From NCBI GenBank assembly GCA_964187785.1, contig OZ076409.1, positions 29,328,001-29,392,000 on the forward strand: a DNA stretch of 64,000 nt. Direction: 5' to 3'. Positions 37,831-50,597 of the stretch are shown here, one piece after another (positions within the stretch are counted from its first letter, which is position 1; each line of letters starts with the position of its first letter). Source of the stretch: Amphiscolops sp. MND2022 (lineage: Eukaryota). The notes under the pieces were generated by a model. It saw nothing but the letters and a program-made list of their open reading frames with translations, made no database searches and had not been told where the DNA came from. A program made the translations under genes and the position numbers.

Positions 37831-38627
37831 ACTTATGGTGCTAAGTTCTAAAAATTGCTGTGCGGTCCTGCTACACAGTGCGGTGCAAGGGTCGGTCGCC
37901 TATGTTTGTACAGGACCAATTATGAACTATGGAGAATGCTTCAAGCACCGTTAATAGCTTCTCTAGTGTGGAGGTGTGCTGTTCCAATATACGTATACAC
38001 ACTTGTCGGCCATTTTCTGAAAAATTTCGGCTTTCGAAAGTTACGAAGTAGAAAAATGAGCTATATCAGGTGTTCCGTCTAGCTCGCCATAATTTTGAAG
38101 AAAACAATTAGAGTACCCTCTGGGTATTTTTCTCGGTTAGTACTAATGAGGATACGCCTGGGAAGAGGCCTTAAGGGCTCCTAAACAAAAACTGAACAAA
38201 GTAACTAAGAAAATTTTGGGCGCGTGAGATCTGCAATCAGGGTGGAAGAGGTGTTGTGTTGCAGGACGTCACCACCTCGTCACAGCTAAATTGGACCTTC
38301 ACTTTGCGTCCTCACGGTTCCCATACAATGCCAATAAGGTGAAACGAGATTGGAAGACCTTTCAAAACAAAATCCAGTAAGGCCGGATGTGTTTCTCCGA
38401 AGGGTACAATGGGCACAAATGGGGTACTCTGCTATAAACGCTCTATTGTTCATTCCAGACCTCAGAAATACGCAGGAAACGCAGGAATTTTGTTAGAAGA
38501 AATCCTGCTAGGTTTAGCTAAGGTAATAAAAACAATCTAGGACTCTCCAATAGGTTTTCCTAGATCCGGACCTAACAAGGCCGGAAAAAAGGAAAAACTC
38601 CTAGTAGGACGCACAATTGAAACATCT

Positions 38628-38643
38628 CCCTCTGTGGTCGCCA
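38628..38643 (-). promoter_or_regulatory. PBS, tRNA-Arg-like
   Basis: Minus strand TGGCGACCACAGAGGG, 16 nt downstream of the LTR end. Confidence 0.65.
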
Positions 38644-39152
38644 TAAACACTATTTTAGATGCAACGTCCAGCTAGCAGCGTAAATCAAAGAAGTTGGATA
38701 ATGCCTACGGTGCTTAAACAGGAGACCGTTGTCTTACTACAACCCTAGACATCACTTTTTGTCCCAAAATGGTCTCCTAGGGACTTTCCATACGTCAAAG
38801 GAGATTACTCAAATTAGAGCTCCGGGGCGACGTGCCGTCACTTTCAAAGTCCAGACACGCCCCAAAAGCCGGTAAAAACGAATCCTAGTGTTCCTGCCAC
38901 TTCCTACATACTCGCGAGGTCCGAAAACAGGTGTCTAGCAAGGCACATTTTATTAGATGAATTGTATCTGAAATAATGAATAGTATCATAGGGATGTAGT
39001 AGATCCGGTACCATCCCCAATCTGTTAGAAAACATTCAAAAGAACAAAATTAATTGAAATCAGTACTCTCAGCATTCTCACGAAATTGTCAGGGTTTTTA
39101 GAGCAAATCTTCTAAAGGTTGCTTTTTTCTTCTGCGTCTATTTAGACCATTA

Positions 39153-39357
39153 CAGTGCATAGGCAAGCTATTTTGCTGCTTGTCGTGGAATCCGGGACAC
39201 ACAAAATTCTGTGCTTGTCCATGGAATGCTTGTCCGTGGAATCAAGCACTTATGACGTATATTACCAATTTTGCATGGGTAAAGGCATGGTCGTGAAATC
39301 CGAGGCATTGAAAGCCCAAAATTGTGCTTTAAGCAAGTTTAGCTTGCCTATGCACTC
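39153..39357. mobile_element. Tc1/mariner-type MITE inserted in an LTR
   Basis: TA|CAGTGCATAGGCAAGCT...AGCTTGCCTATGCACTC|TA. Confidence 0.8.
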
Positions 39358-41917
39358 TAATGACATCTTCCTGGGTTAGACGGCACAGGACTGTTTTTCC
39401 ATCATTATTCATCGAATTTTTGTTATCATTGGTTGACGTTACAATGCTTGCTTAAGCGAACTGACTCAAGGAGCGAATTATCACCATATGTAGCAATTTG
39501 CTAAGAAAAGCGCCAGTTTGAACAAAGTCCGTCTTGGCGTATTTAGCAGATTTGCTTATTGAGTCTTCACGAATTCATTCTGAAGAAATTTTTTCTCAAT
39601 TCCCTTTCCGTGTGGGAATGGGTCTGGGTATGGTGGCGAAACGAAATGATGTTCTGATCCTTTGGAATTTTTTGGGCAGATCTTTTTAAGGACATGGAAG
39701 CGATCAACGGCAACTGATTGAAAGTAGTTACTTCCAGTTCCTAGAACAAAATTTTTAGTCGCTGATAGGTGAACGTTACATTACGTTAAGCTCAAGATCG
39801 GTGGAAATGAAAAATCGATTGGAATACGAAGACACGTATTGAAAAACGGAGGCACTTAAAATCGAATTAAGTGGTAAACGAGTTGCAACTAAATGTCTCG
39901 GTTTCAATAGTAATACTCAAAGACTCCATTGCATATCATTAACGAATTGCGAGGAAAGTTCTGTAATAAAAGAACGGAATCCTTGTATAACGATAAAGTT
40001 TGGTGCGAATAAAAATTTTTACGATTTTCTGACAAATTGACAACTTTCCATTATGACAGAAACAAAAGTTTCTGAGAAATTTGTCCAATTTACATTATTT
40101 TGATTTTGGTTTTTTATTCGCTTCTCGATATTGTTCAAAGCGGCCTATTTTTAACTAATTACACTTAATTCTACTACATGTACCAGAAGTTTCGTTAGTG
40201 AAGAATGTCGATTCGTTTTGGCCGAGGAGCTTCGTGTAAACACAAGGAGCTTCAAAGTTTGACAGACCAGTCAGTGGACAAGGTTGGATTAAAATACAAC
40301 CCTAATCAAAACCCTTTCTAGATAATGTAGAAGACCATGCTGGCTGGAGTGTTACTCTGCCTGAACGTGGTCGACGGTCTCGAAGACATCGACTTTATGG
40401 AAAAAGTAGAAGCGTTCTTTGCCATGCGTGTTCACAAAATGAAATTTTTTAAAACGTATCGAGCTTTGGCTGTACCAACGAGCAATTAATTTCTGAACGG
40501 TGACTTATGTAGACCAAGTTCCTGGAATGTGTCTCATAGATTTATTGGCGGCACTCGTGAAAATGATGATGGGGACTTCATTTAAGGGCAGTGAAAGTTA
40601 TTCACTCAACCTGTTATGTTCGTCGATAAACAACTTCAAAAAAATAATCGTTTATCGGAGTTGTATAAAATCTCAACACAAAAATTGCAGGAGGATTCTG
40701 CAATATTAACCACGCGGTACAGTAATCTATATATCTGGATCAGGTAAACATTCTCAGGCAGCCATTTCCTTCGATTTTTCCTTCCAATTTTTCCTTCTCG
40801 GTACCGAGTTCACATTAGAGTGGAGGGATCTGCCATTTTATACTTAATGAACTTTTCGCAGTCCGAACTTAGACACTTTGGCCCCGCAGCGCTCTAGTGT
40901 TCAAACTAGAAAATTGCTGTCAATAGAAACAGAAAGGAAATTTTTCATATGATGTTTCTGAAAACAAGAGATCCTATTTCAGAACCCTAAATATTGTCAC
41001 ACGTGGGTTGTACCAGAGCCAGAAGTTTTTCATCAGTACAGGGCGGTCGGGACAACTGGTCAGGTTCCTGATAGCTCAATTGGCTGCCATTCACTTCCAG
41101 GCTCCCATGAGACTTCCTCTACAGCAATTCATTTGTTATTTGCGGAATGAACCGGTCAAGGGACTTGAGCCTGTTTAGCTTTCTTCATTTGAAGCTGAAG
41201 CTGCGAAAGTAAGACCTGAAATATCTACATCAGTTTGTCAGAAAGCTCAAAAACAAGATGCAAACTTTGCTGAATCTCATGGTCGATGAGATTGAGTTTC
41301 GTGTGTGCCTTGAGTAGGTCTCTTTTGGTCCCATGAAAACATATTTGCTAGAGGTTTTAAACCAACCTGTAGTTTGAAGTTCAATGGTTTGAAGCTATAG
41401 GTTTGAAGTTCAAATGTAGTGACTTGATGAAACGTGTAATACCGCATCTCCCGCTCTTGCGCTCAGATCGATTGCAACTGGCCATTATGTGTTTGTTTTG
41501 CTCTTGGCTTTGTCGGAAGCGGCACAAAAGGTATTTTTTTGCTTTCGACATGCTACGGTGTTGATGAAGTCCCCACTAAATGCTCATAGTCTGTTTTTGT
41601 TCCTGTTTCATATAACTGAGTTAACAAATTCCCTTCAGGTTCGGAAATTCTCATATTGGCAACATACATTGTCAGCATGAGTCTCCTATGCTCGAGTTGT
41701 GTATGAGATGACTATTGCCAGAGCTAGGTGAACCACTTGTCTGTTTTGGCCCACTTCAATGAATCAGAAAATTTCTGAAAAAATATAACAACTTGACCGT
41801 AAAGCAACCACTGAAAGCATGGGGCTACAATTGAAAACGCCCCCATAGTTGGCTCGTTCAAAGCAATTTTAAAAAGTTTAGCACCAAATGTCAAAGATGA
41901 TTTTTCCGGAGAACTCA

Positions 41918-42700
41918 TGTAACGACAAGCTCTGGTACAGCAATATCAACCAATTTTGCAACTTTGACATGTTCAGAAATTTTGTCAAAAATTCTAATCC
42001 GATGTGTGACGTGGCACTGAGCGTGTGATTGCTCTTTTCGCTGTTTCTACGAAATTGGCAGGTACTTCGACAACAAAGAGCAAGAACGAGCAAAAACACG
42101 GGCGCGCCGCCATGACAGAAGCCAGAGACGGCAAGAACATCCGAATATAGACTCTTTTTGAGGTGCTAACACCGGTTTTATCGATTTTCAGCATTATGCT
42201 ACCCTATGTAGCAGAAACCGGTAAAATGAGTCTTTTCGCTTAATTGTCCTTGTTTGGTGCTTGGAGCCCCTGCGCCCCAGCTTTTTAGCTGTGTGGTTTG
42301 CCATTCCGATGTGTGCTTTGATGTATTTTTGCTGGATTTAGCCGTTTGAACTAGCGCCAGCGCTGGTTTGTGCAATTTTAGATCTTATTCCCCATTTTAG
42401 ATATGTTTCCGATATCAGGTGGAAGATGGAAATTTACACTGTTTATTCTTGGCATTGTTTTAAAAGGCTGTCTAAACGGTGGTCCCAGGCAGAGGGCCGA
42501 GACGGATGCCCGTTATTCTCAGCAGTTACAGACTGGGACCAGGCCAGAGAGCGTCCTACAAGACGGTTCCCCCACCTTGGGACTGGCTCCTACGGAGGGA
42601 AAATGAGCTAGGGCCGCGGAGATCTAGGTCCCAGATTATATTCGCTGTTCTAGTTCCTCCATTCTAAGTTGCGGTTCAAGCGCCAGCCCTTATCGTTACA
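41918..42700 (+). repeat. 5' LTR (~783 bp)
   Basis: Direct repeat of 49779-50559. Confidence 0.95.
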
Positions 42701-43399
42701 TAGAAACTCATTTTTTGGTGACCACAGAGGGATCGTCTTGGGAGGCTTTCCCTAGCGGTTTTTAAAAGATCTGGCCCCCTGGTGTTTGACGCCAAGAACG
42801 ATTGAACTCTGGAAGGAGACGTTTACCCAGAGTTTTTCCAAATTTTTTAGATGTTATGATGTTATATTTTGGTCTTTTTCCAGTCTTCAGGGGATTTTTC
42901 CGAGTACCTTTGGTATGTTTTGATAACAGGTACTTGTTGACAGATATCGTCTAAAATTGCAAGGTTCCCATCAGCGGGTCCTCTTTTTTGAAGCGTAGTG
43001 GACAGTAGCACGTCGCTACTGGTGTTTACCAGGTTTTTTTTAGCTGTTTTCAGTGATTTGCGCTTATGTACGAGAGGTGAAATTGATGGTTGAACCACAA
43101 TCCATCCGATCGATAGATGAGCAGAAACGAGTGTTCCCGACTCACCTCTCTCATTTCTTCTACAGAGCTCATAGAAGGATGGGACTCGGTGGAAAGGTAG
43201 AGCAAGCACTGACGTTGCCGACGGTGCAAACCGTTTTTCTCTGGCTGGTCTGGATGTTGAGAAAAAGGACGGCGAAGGTACCACCCCTCAATCCGGAAAA
43301 ATCGACATTTTGGAGTGTGGTATGAAAAATTTTTTCGATTGCGTATTTTTTAATGAGGAATCGTTTGGTCAGGTTAGTTCTTCCGTATTGCAACTCAGT

Positions 43400-46300
43400 G
43401 TGTGCTTTTGCAGCTGTTTTCAGTGAGAAAAGTCCGATTTTAGGTGCAAAAGTAGAAAAAACGTTGTTTTTGGCATTTTTCAGTGTTTTTCGTGGTACGA
43501 GCGCGAGCGCTCAAAGAATTAGCCACAGAAGTTGCAAAAATTGTTGTAAAGTAGCTCAAGACCTCGAGAGTGCTGCTACATAATGTAACGAGTACCAGGA
43601 AGGCTGTTGGAAACCTTTTTGAGACGTGTTTTGTATGAAAAAAAAACCGGTTTTTGGCGAAATTGGCAAAAAACCACTAAGAAATGCCACTGGGAGAGTG
43701 CTGGATTGTGATGTAATCGCCTCTTCCGTGCTGCTGTTAGTTTGGGGCACACTCCACAGTACCAAAAATAGGATTCAAGAGAGTTTGTAACGTTTTCTTG
43801 GTGAGAACAGGTCGAAAAACCTTGATTTTTAGTCAGTTTCAGGAGTAACTGAGTACACAATTAAAACCCCATGGGCACTGTCTCTTTGTTAGCTAAGAGC
43901 TTCCGCGCTCTAATTTTCTGTTTGTATCATAAAAATAACGCGTGGTGGTGAGAACCGCGTGCAAAAACTCCCATTCAGTGCTGAGAAAAGTGGAAAAACG
44001 CACTGAATTTGATCAATTTTCCACTAAACCGGACTGTCTCTGAGCTAGTTTAGGAATTGGTCGGGTCATCGATTCCTGAACCCTAGCCAAAAAAGTGGTT
44101 GCATTTTCGTAACCACCACAAAAATTAACGTTAGTGCCGATACTTTGGTGAGAGTATCGGTCACCAAAGTCGAGAAAAGCTCTCTGATGTTTTGACTTCG
44201 GAGAAGCGAAAAAAGCCGAAAAAATCCAAAACTGCAGGATTGTCAGTGCCTTATACCTAACGGGCACAACCAATTGAGGGTTTTTCCCAGTGCTACGGAT
44301 AGTGGGGCAACACGTTGGTCCCATTTTGCCCGCCGTATCACTTCCTGAGGTGATCCTCTTGGTCAAATTTTGAAAAAAGTAGTCAAAAACAGTGTTTTTT
44401 TCGCGTGCAACGTACATAGTGGGTCGAAACGTCGAACAAGCGCTCGCGCTTCAATTCGACCATATCAGTGGCATTGTAGGTGCCCACTGACATTGACTAC
44501 CAAGTTTGGTGCCGATCTGTGTGATACTTGTTGAGAAAATAGGAAAAATGCGGCGCCCAAAAAAGTGCGCAAAAAGGCAGTTTTTTCTTAATTATTCCAA
44601 GTAACCCGGGTACCTCAGACGAAAGGTGAGCTATATTGCAGCCCACCATTGTAACTTGTGCTAGTTCCGTCGTTGCTGCAGAGAATTTGAGCTTGCTAGC
44701 TCTTTCCAGTGGACCGCAATCTTGAAAAAGACGTGAAAAACAGTGTATTCCGGTACATAGTGGTACCGCACGTCTGTACCTAGGTGAAGCTGTGTACAAG
44801 GGGCGCAGCTCAAAACTGTGTTCATTTTCGTAAACCTACGTGTACCTAAGATCTGCTTGTCAATTTTGGGCTTGATACAGCGATTCCGGTGCACACACGA
44901 GCCTCTGGAGGGTTGTTGTGCGATTTTTGGAAAATCCAAAAATTCTGTGAAATTCTTCCTGTGGGTGACTGGAGACTTCTTGCCCCAAACCAGGTTGATT
45001 TTCTGGCCCAGTGTGCTTGTTGGAAAGCGCTGTGCAAATTTGAACAGACTACAAGCCTTAGAACGTGTTTGAGAAGTCTTGGACGTTGAAAAAACATCAA
45101 TTTCCTTAAATCCTCACCGAGACGAGCAGAGGTCCAAATTCTTGAGAAGACCCCCTGCAAGCCTACCACCGTCTATTTCACTACTCTAACAGCGTGGTTG
45201 GTGCCTACTGACAGCGTCTGCCAAGTTTGGTGTCAATTGCTACTGTATCTGTTGAGAAATTGACTAAAACAAACTGCACAAGATGGTGCGCAAGAAGGCG
45301 AATTCTACGAAGTCTTGGGGGATTGCCTGAACACCTTATTCAAAGAGTGGGGCCAAATTGCTTCCCACTATCGTAACCAATGCAAGTTTATTGTACTGTT
45401 GCCGAAAAAACGAGCGTGAGCGCTCTTTGCAGTTCGCCAGAATCTGGGTTGACACGTGAAAAACAGTACATCTTTAAACACAGTGATATCGAAAGTCTCT
45501 ACTGTGTTGAAACTTCACCTAGTCATCTCAGCACAAATCAGCTATTATTACCGAGTACCTCAACTTACGTAGGCTTGTGTGGTTGATTTTTAAGCCGATC
45601 CTGCGTTTCTAACGTTAGCGCTAGCCACTTGAGTTTTTCTCAAGTGAATCTGAAAAACCCAAAAAATATCTGAAAAACCTCTGACCTGTGACTGGATCCT
45701 AATACCCCGATTCTGGACTCACTTTTTGGGTCAGTGCACCAATATGGAAATGCTGTATACTTTTCAGCACGCTACAACCCCTGGAACTAATTTCGACTCT
45801 TCTTGGACGTGCATATTCATTGTTTCAGTCCAAGGGTCCACCAAGACGAAAATTAGGAAAGTGGGAAAAAAGTCATTTCTACGTGTTGGAAACCTGTGGA
45901 AACCCCTAGTTTGACCTCCCAGTAGTTCGTTCATTGCTGTGTGTGTACTATTTGATCAGTATCGAGTGGGCTGCCTTGCTGGATCTTAGCATTTTGTTAC
46001 TTGAAGTCGTGATATCCTCTGTATAGTAACGAATTGGATCATTTTTTGGAACTGTCGGCGCACCTTATTGGAAAGTTGAGATTATATTGCCCTGGACTTT
46101 TCCTATTGGCGTCAGTTGGTGCACCGTTGCTGAAAAAGTGAGCTTGAGAGCTCAGCACTGTGGACTAGAGTCTTTGATTGCATGTGAAAAATCGTGTCAA
46201 TCGAGACACGGTGATACGGAACGTCCGTACCAGATCTAAATCTTGCCCAGTGGTCTGAATTCTCATTAATTGTTTCTGTAGTGTAGCTGGCTGTACGTGT

Positions 46301-47200
46301 GATCGCGTGACCAATTTTGAGCTTGATACCACGTTTCCAGCACTTGTACAAGCCACTCGAGTAATTTTCGAAAAAAGTTGAAAAATCCAAAAATCGTTGA
46401 AAAAGACTCTAGCTTGAAGCTGGAGGCAATTATCAGCTACGGAAGGTTATTTTTTTGACTTGTGTGGCTGACGAAACGTGCTGTGTCATTTTTTACCCAG
46501 TACGATTGATAAAACTGAATTTGACTCTGTTCAGACACACGTTTTGAACGAAAAACCCCAAGAATCCACCAATAAACTATCATTGTAAATCCTCAAAACT
46601 TCCGCTGTACAGGAGGCAGACCCAAAAAGCCTTCATTTTCCAACGGAACGGACCCAGTAGACCTTCCTGGATGCAAACGAGGCAAATCCCACGGTTTAAA
46701 AAAATTGCCGGCAGGGGTCAAAAATTTTGGACTCCTCTGGAACTTTGAAATTTGATCCTGAACAGTTCAAGGCAGCAGTTTTAAGTGCCCGCGACGCACT
46801 CTGGACTACATTTTTACATTTTTCCAAACGAAAAAGTCTGGGAGTTACCTTGAGCAGGGTTTTCGATATCCAAAAGAGACCCTGAGTGTTCCGACTTAGC
46901 CAAAATCACGAGATTTTGGGAGGAGCAACTTCCTAGTGACAATAATTTGACCGGATTGCCCGAGTGTGTCACCTTTTTGAACGCTCTGGTGCCTCATTGT
47001 GGTGTTATTCCGCTGTATCGAGTAGTATCAAAGCCGAATATCACGCCAAATTTGCAGAGAACTCTTTTGGGTAATCACAACACATCCAAATCCACTGAGG
47101 TTGAGAGGTCGACAAACCGCTCGACTGTCTGCTTGGTGCGCACTATCCAACTTGGCTGCAGCAATTTGTTCTAGAGCAAAATTTTCTAGTCCACTGAGCA
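43400..47200. repeat. Highly diverged tandem array (~360/720-bp periodicity) inside the LARD-like element
   Basis: ccaagtttggtg at ~44500 and ~45221; caattttg(g/a)gcttgatac at ~44861 and ~46312; recurring gaaaatccaaaaa-like blocks. Confidence 0.55.
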
Positions 47201-47237
47201 GTGTGCAAAGTGTTGAGCAGTTTTCAGCACGCTGTGA

Positions 47238-48626
47238 TTGCTAGAAATTCTCTTGACTTTGACCCTGACACTGAACTTGGGTACACAGGTTGTTCTAGTG
47301 ATGCAGTTCGGAACCTCTAAAGCTAAAATTAAACATGGGAAAATCTCCCGCCGCCTCTGTTCCGTTTTTCAAGAGGGAAGGGGTGTCCGTGCAGCACAAA
47401 AGAGTGTTCGTGCAGCACTACCAATGGATGTTCAACCTCAAAATGAATCCCAAATGGTAGATGAACATGACCGATCGACGAAGTTAGAGGATTTGAACTT
47501 GAAAGATTGGCCTTTGGAGGATAGTTTCGAACATGTCTTCAATTTTCTAGACCCAATGCAATCTAACTTTCAGGATACCGAGCCGGAGAGGAGCATAAGC
47601 ACTCCCAGTTCTAGTTCAGTATCGTTGTCGAAAAGATCCTATCTCTATGAAACCTGTGTTCAGATTTATCAGAAACAGGACCACCAATTAGAGGCCCTGG
47701 AGCAGCAGATGGATGAGATATCAGCCTTTTTGGAACAAACCACGCTTCGCAGGGAGAATCTGCTAGCGCGAGCGTTAGCACAAATGCAGTTGATAAATGC
47801 AGAAGTGCAAGTACACCTCGGAAATGCCGATATCAATATTTCAGACGCTGTCGAATCAGAACCATTGACACCGCCAACAAAAGACATGGGGGTGGACCCA
47901 ATATCTTTGGACACCACAACCATGTGTATTGCTGACCCTTTGCCTGAATATCACGCCGGTGATAATGGGTTGCGCGAGCGCAACCTCTACTCAAGTGATA
48001 CGAAGAATGAACGAATATCAATCTCACCCTCCACTTCCTTATCGCGGGATTATTCAAGCAACTCTCACTTCCCTGGAACAAAGTCCCTAATATCAACTAG
48101 GTGGTTGCTACCGAAGTTGCTGAAAGACTCCTTTGAGTCACATTCTGCTAAACGTGGGCTACAGGATTTTATTCAGGTGGACCCGCCAGTCTTTATCAAT
48201 TGGTTGCCTTGTGGTTCAGCTAAAACTCGACCAACGGGTCATAGACGTGGTCGACCACCGCGCACAGACAATGAGCACTCATGGCAAAAAGTTCTCTTGT
48301 CCCTTTATGATGGACGTCGCCGTGGCCGTCCACCACGCCAAGTTCTACCATGGTTGCTCCGACCGAAGGGACATAGGCGTGGCCGTCCTTCGAACAACTA
48401 TTCCAGTCTTGAGACAGACCCAGTCTCCACAGTTTTCTTTATCGGATTTCCTGATGCTTCATGCCTGTTGCACGTCCTGCTGCTATTGGATGGTGATGTC
48501 TATCCAGTCCAAACCACACTCCACTTCTTTTCAAATGGGGAGGAGTTGTCGTCAACGCTTAATTTTTCCTGCTGCATTTTTATGTCAGGCATTCAATTTT
48601 GTCCATTCCTCACTATCCTCATGTGA
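47238..48626 (+). CDS. Unknown protein with a coiled coil and three AT-hook-like RGRP motifs
   Basis: 462-codon open frame; heptad-like QDHQLEALEQQMDEISAFLEQ...; HRRGRPPR, RRRGRPPR, HRRGRPS. Confidence 0.55.
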   Translation: MLEILLTLTLTLNLGTQVVLVMQFGTSKAKIKHGKISRRLCSVFQEGRGVRAAQKSVRAALPMDVQPQNESQMVDEHDRSTKLEDLNLKDWPLEDSFEHVFNFLDPMQSNFQDTEPERSISTPSSSSVSLSKRSYLYETCVQIYQKQDHQLEALEQQMDEISAFLEQTTLRRENLLARALAQMQLINAEVQVHLGNADINISDAVESEPLTPPTKDMGVDPISLDTTTMCIADPLPEYHAGDNGLRERNLYSSDTKNERISISPSTSLSRDYSSNSHFPGTKSLISTRWLLPKLLKDSFESHSAKRGLQDFIQVDPPVFINWLPCGSAKTRPTGHRRGRPPRTDNEHSWQKVLLSLYDGRRRGRPPRQVLPWLLRPKGHRRGRPSNNYSSLETDPVSTVFFIGFPDASCLLHVLLLLDGDVYPVQTTLHFFSNGEELSSTLNFSCCIFMSGIQFCPFLTILM

Positions 48627-49778
48627 AAGAGGGTGCTCAACGACTAAGGCCCGGGGAGTCAACTAAGGCCCGGGGAGCTTCAGTTGAAGACAAACACCCC
48701 TACACTCATCAACTCAATTGGATAACGCCCGGAGGATATCACTACGTTTGGTAATGGATACCTTGCAGAGTGATGTTCTTGTTGGAGCAGTTTTTTCTGC
48801 AACTTTGTTTCCTAATTTTAGTAGTCATGTAAACGTACGTCGCGACATTTTTGTTTTGAGTTTTGTTTGAGATGTTTGAATTCAAATACTTCTGTTAATT
48901 CAATAAGTAACACAGAAACTCTAAAAAAACTCTACATGTATCTCTTCACCCGAAAGGTGCTATGTTTGTTTTTGCGTAAATTTTTCCAAAGATTTCCAGT
49001 AGTTTCCTTCAAAATTCATTGTGTTATCCAGAAAAAACGGGAGCTCGCGCGCTCCAGATATCAAAATTGCAGGGTTTTGTCTCTTTTCGGCTACTTTACT
49101 CCAGTGCTTTTGCTTATGAGCAGTTCGTAGTTTGCTTCTGATGCGTTCCTTGACAGATGCTACTGAACTCTACACAGGTATGGAGCTGCACTTCAGTGCG
49201 TGTTGCCCAAACCAAGCTTAACTGTGAAAAAAAGTATCAAAGAAACAGCTTGTTTTCCTTTTAAACAGTGGTTTTTCCACTGAAAAGAAGTTTTAGCGAA
49301 AAGAACATTTAACTGTGCTGCAAACTGAAATTTTATTGCCGTGGAAAAGATGTTTTGCTGAGAACCACGTGCGCTTTGGAGCGTGAGCGCTCCGTAAAAG
49401 AAATTTTACACGTCCAAAAACCAAAGTGCTAATAGTATCCTATTCAGACTTTTGCAGAAAACTCGTGCTTAAAAAGTGGTGCTTTTTTGATTGATGCATG
49501 GAATCTTGGATTTGATCATTTTCAAGGTGCATTTTTGAGTACTGGTTTTCTAGCTTTCGAGCTAGCTCTGTTTCAACAGTTTCTGGACGATGCAGGTTCT
49601 CTGGATGGCAAGAAGCAAGACCTCATAGTTGTCCAATCAGCAAAAGATGACAGTGCCACTGGACCCTTGCAACATCACCAGTTTGAGACCCCCGTGGATT
49701 GCACTCATGATGTGGCGATGTATTCAATGCCAGCCTCTCCGCATGACAGGGACGTCATGCATAAAGCCCGGGGAGTGA

Positions 49779-50559
49779 TGTAACAGCAAGCTCTGGTACA
49801 GCAATATCAACCAATTTTGCAACTTTGACATGTTCAGAAATTTTGTCAAAAATCCTAATCCGATGTGTGACGTGGCACTGAGCATGTGATTGCTCTTTTT
49901 GCTGTTTCTACGAAATTGGCAGGTACTTCGACAACAAAGAGCAAGAACGAGCAAAAACACGGGCGCGCCGCCATGACAGAAGCCAGAGACGGCAAGAACA
50001 TCCGAATATAGACTCTTTTTGAGGTGCTAACACCGGTTTTATCGATTTTCAGCGTTATGCTACCCTATGTAGCAGAAACCGGTAAAATGAGTCTTTTCGC
50101 TTAATTGTCCTTGTTTGGTGCTTGGAGCCGCTGCGCCCCAGCTTTTTAGCTGTGTGGTTTGCCATTCCGATGTGTGCTTTGATGTATTTTTGCTGGATTT
50201 AGCCGTTTGAACTAGCGCCAGCGCTGGTTTGTGCAATTTTAGATCTTATTCCCCATTTTAGATGTTTTTCCGATATCAGGTGGAAGATGGATTTACACTG
50301 TTTATTCTTGGCATTGTTTTTAAAGGCTGTCTAAACGGTGGTCCCAGGCAAAGGGCCGAGACGGATGCCCGTTATTCTCAGCAGTTACAGACTGGGACCA
50401 GGCCAGAGAGCGTCCTACAAGACGGTTCCCCCACCTTGGGACTGGCTCCTACGGAGGGAAAATGAGCTAGGGCCGCGGAGATCTAGGTCCCAGATTATAT
50501 TCGCTGTTCTAGTTCCTCCATTCTAAGTTGCGGTTCAAGCGCCAGCGCTTATCGTTACA
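49779..50559 (+). repeat. 3' LTR (~781 bp)
   Basis: Direct repeat of 41918-42700. Confidence 0.95.
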
Positions 50560-50597
50560 TCAATTTTCCATCTTGAGATTTTTCTCAAAAGTAGGCA

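Larger units (their letters stand above)
32300..39443 (-). mobile_element. Internally deleted, decayed Gypsy-type LTR element lacking gag-pol
   Basis: 5' LTR ~38660-39443; PBS 38628-38643; PPT ggggagga at 32345-32352 abutting TGTAAC; the 3' LTR remnant (catcgaaattttgttttca...acgttaca) resembles 39410-39443. Confidence 0.7.
41918..50559 (+). mobile_element. Non-autonomous LTR element (LARD-like), 8.6 kb, no gag-pol
   Basis: LTRs 41918-42700 and 49779-50559 (TGTAAC...GTTACA, ~98% identical by manual count); PBS TGGTGACCACAGAGGG at 42716; PPT cccggggagtga before 49779. Confidence 0.92.

Noticed and set aside
39560..41917. Coding-like fragments (possible host gene or transposase remnant)
   Set aside because: Every frame has multiple stops and I recognise no motif, so no product can be supported.
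42403..46390. Many 60-140 aa ORFs in the LTR and tandem-array region
   Set aside because: They overlap on both strands, show no domains, and are explained by non-coding repeat sequence.
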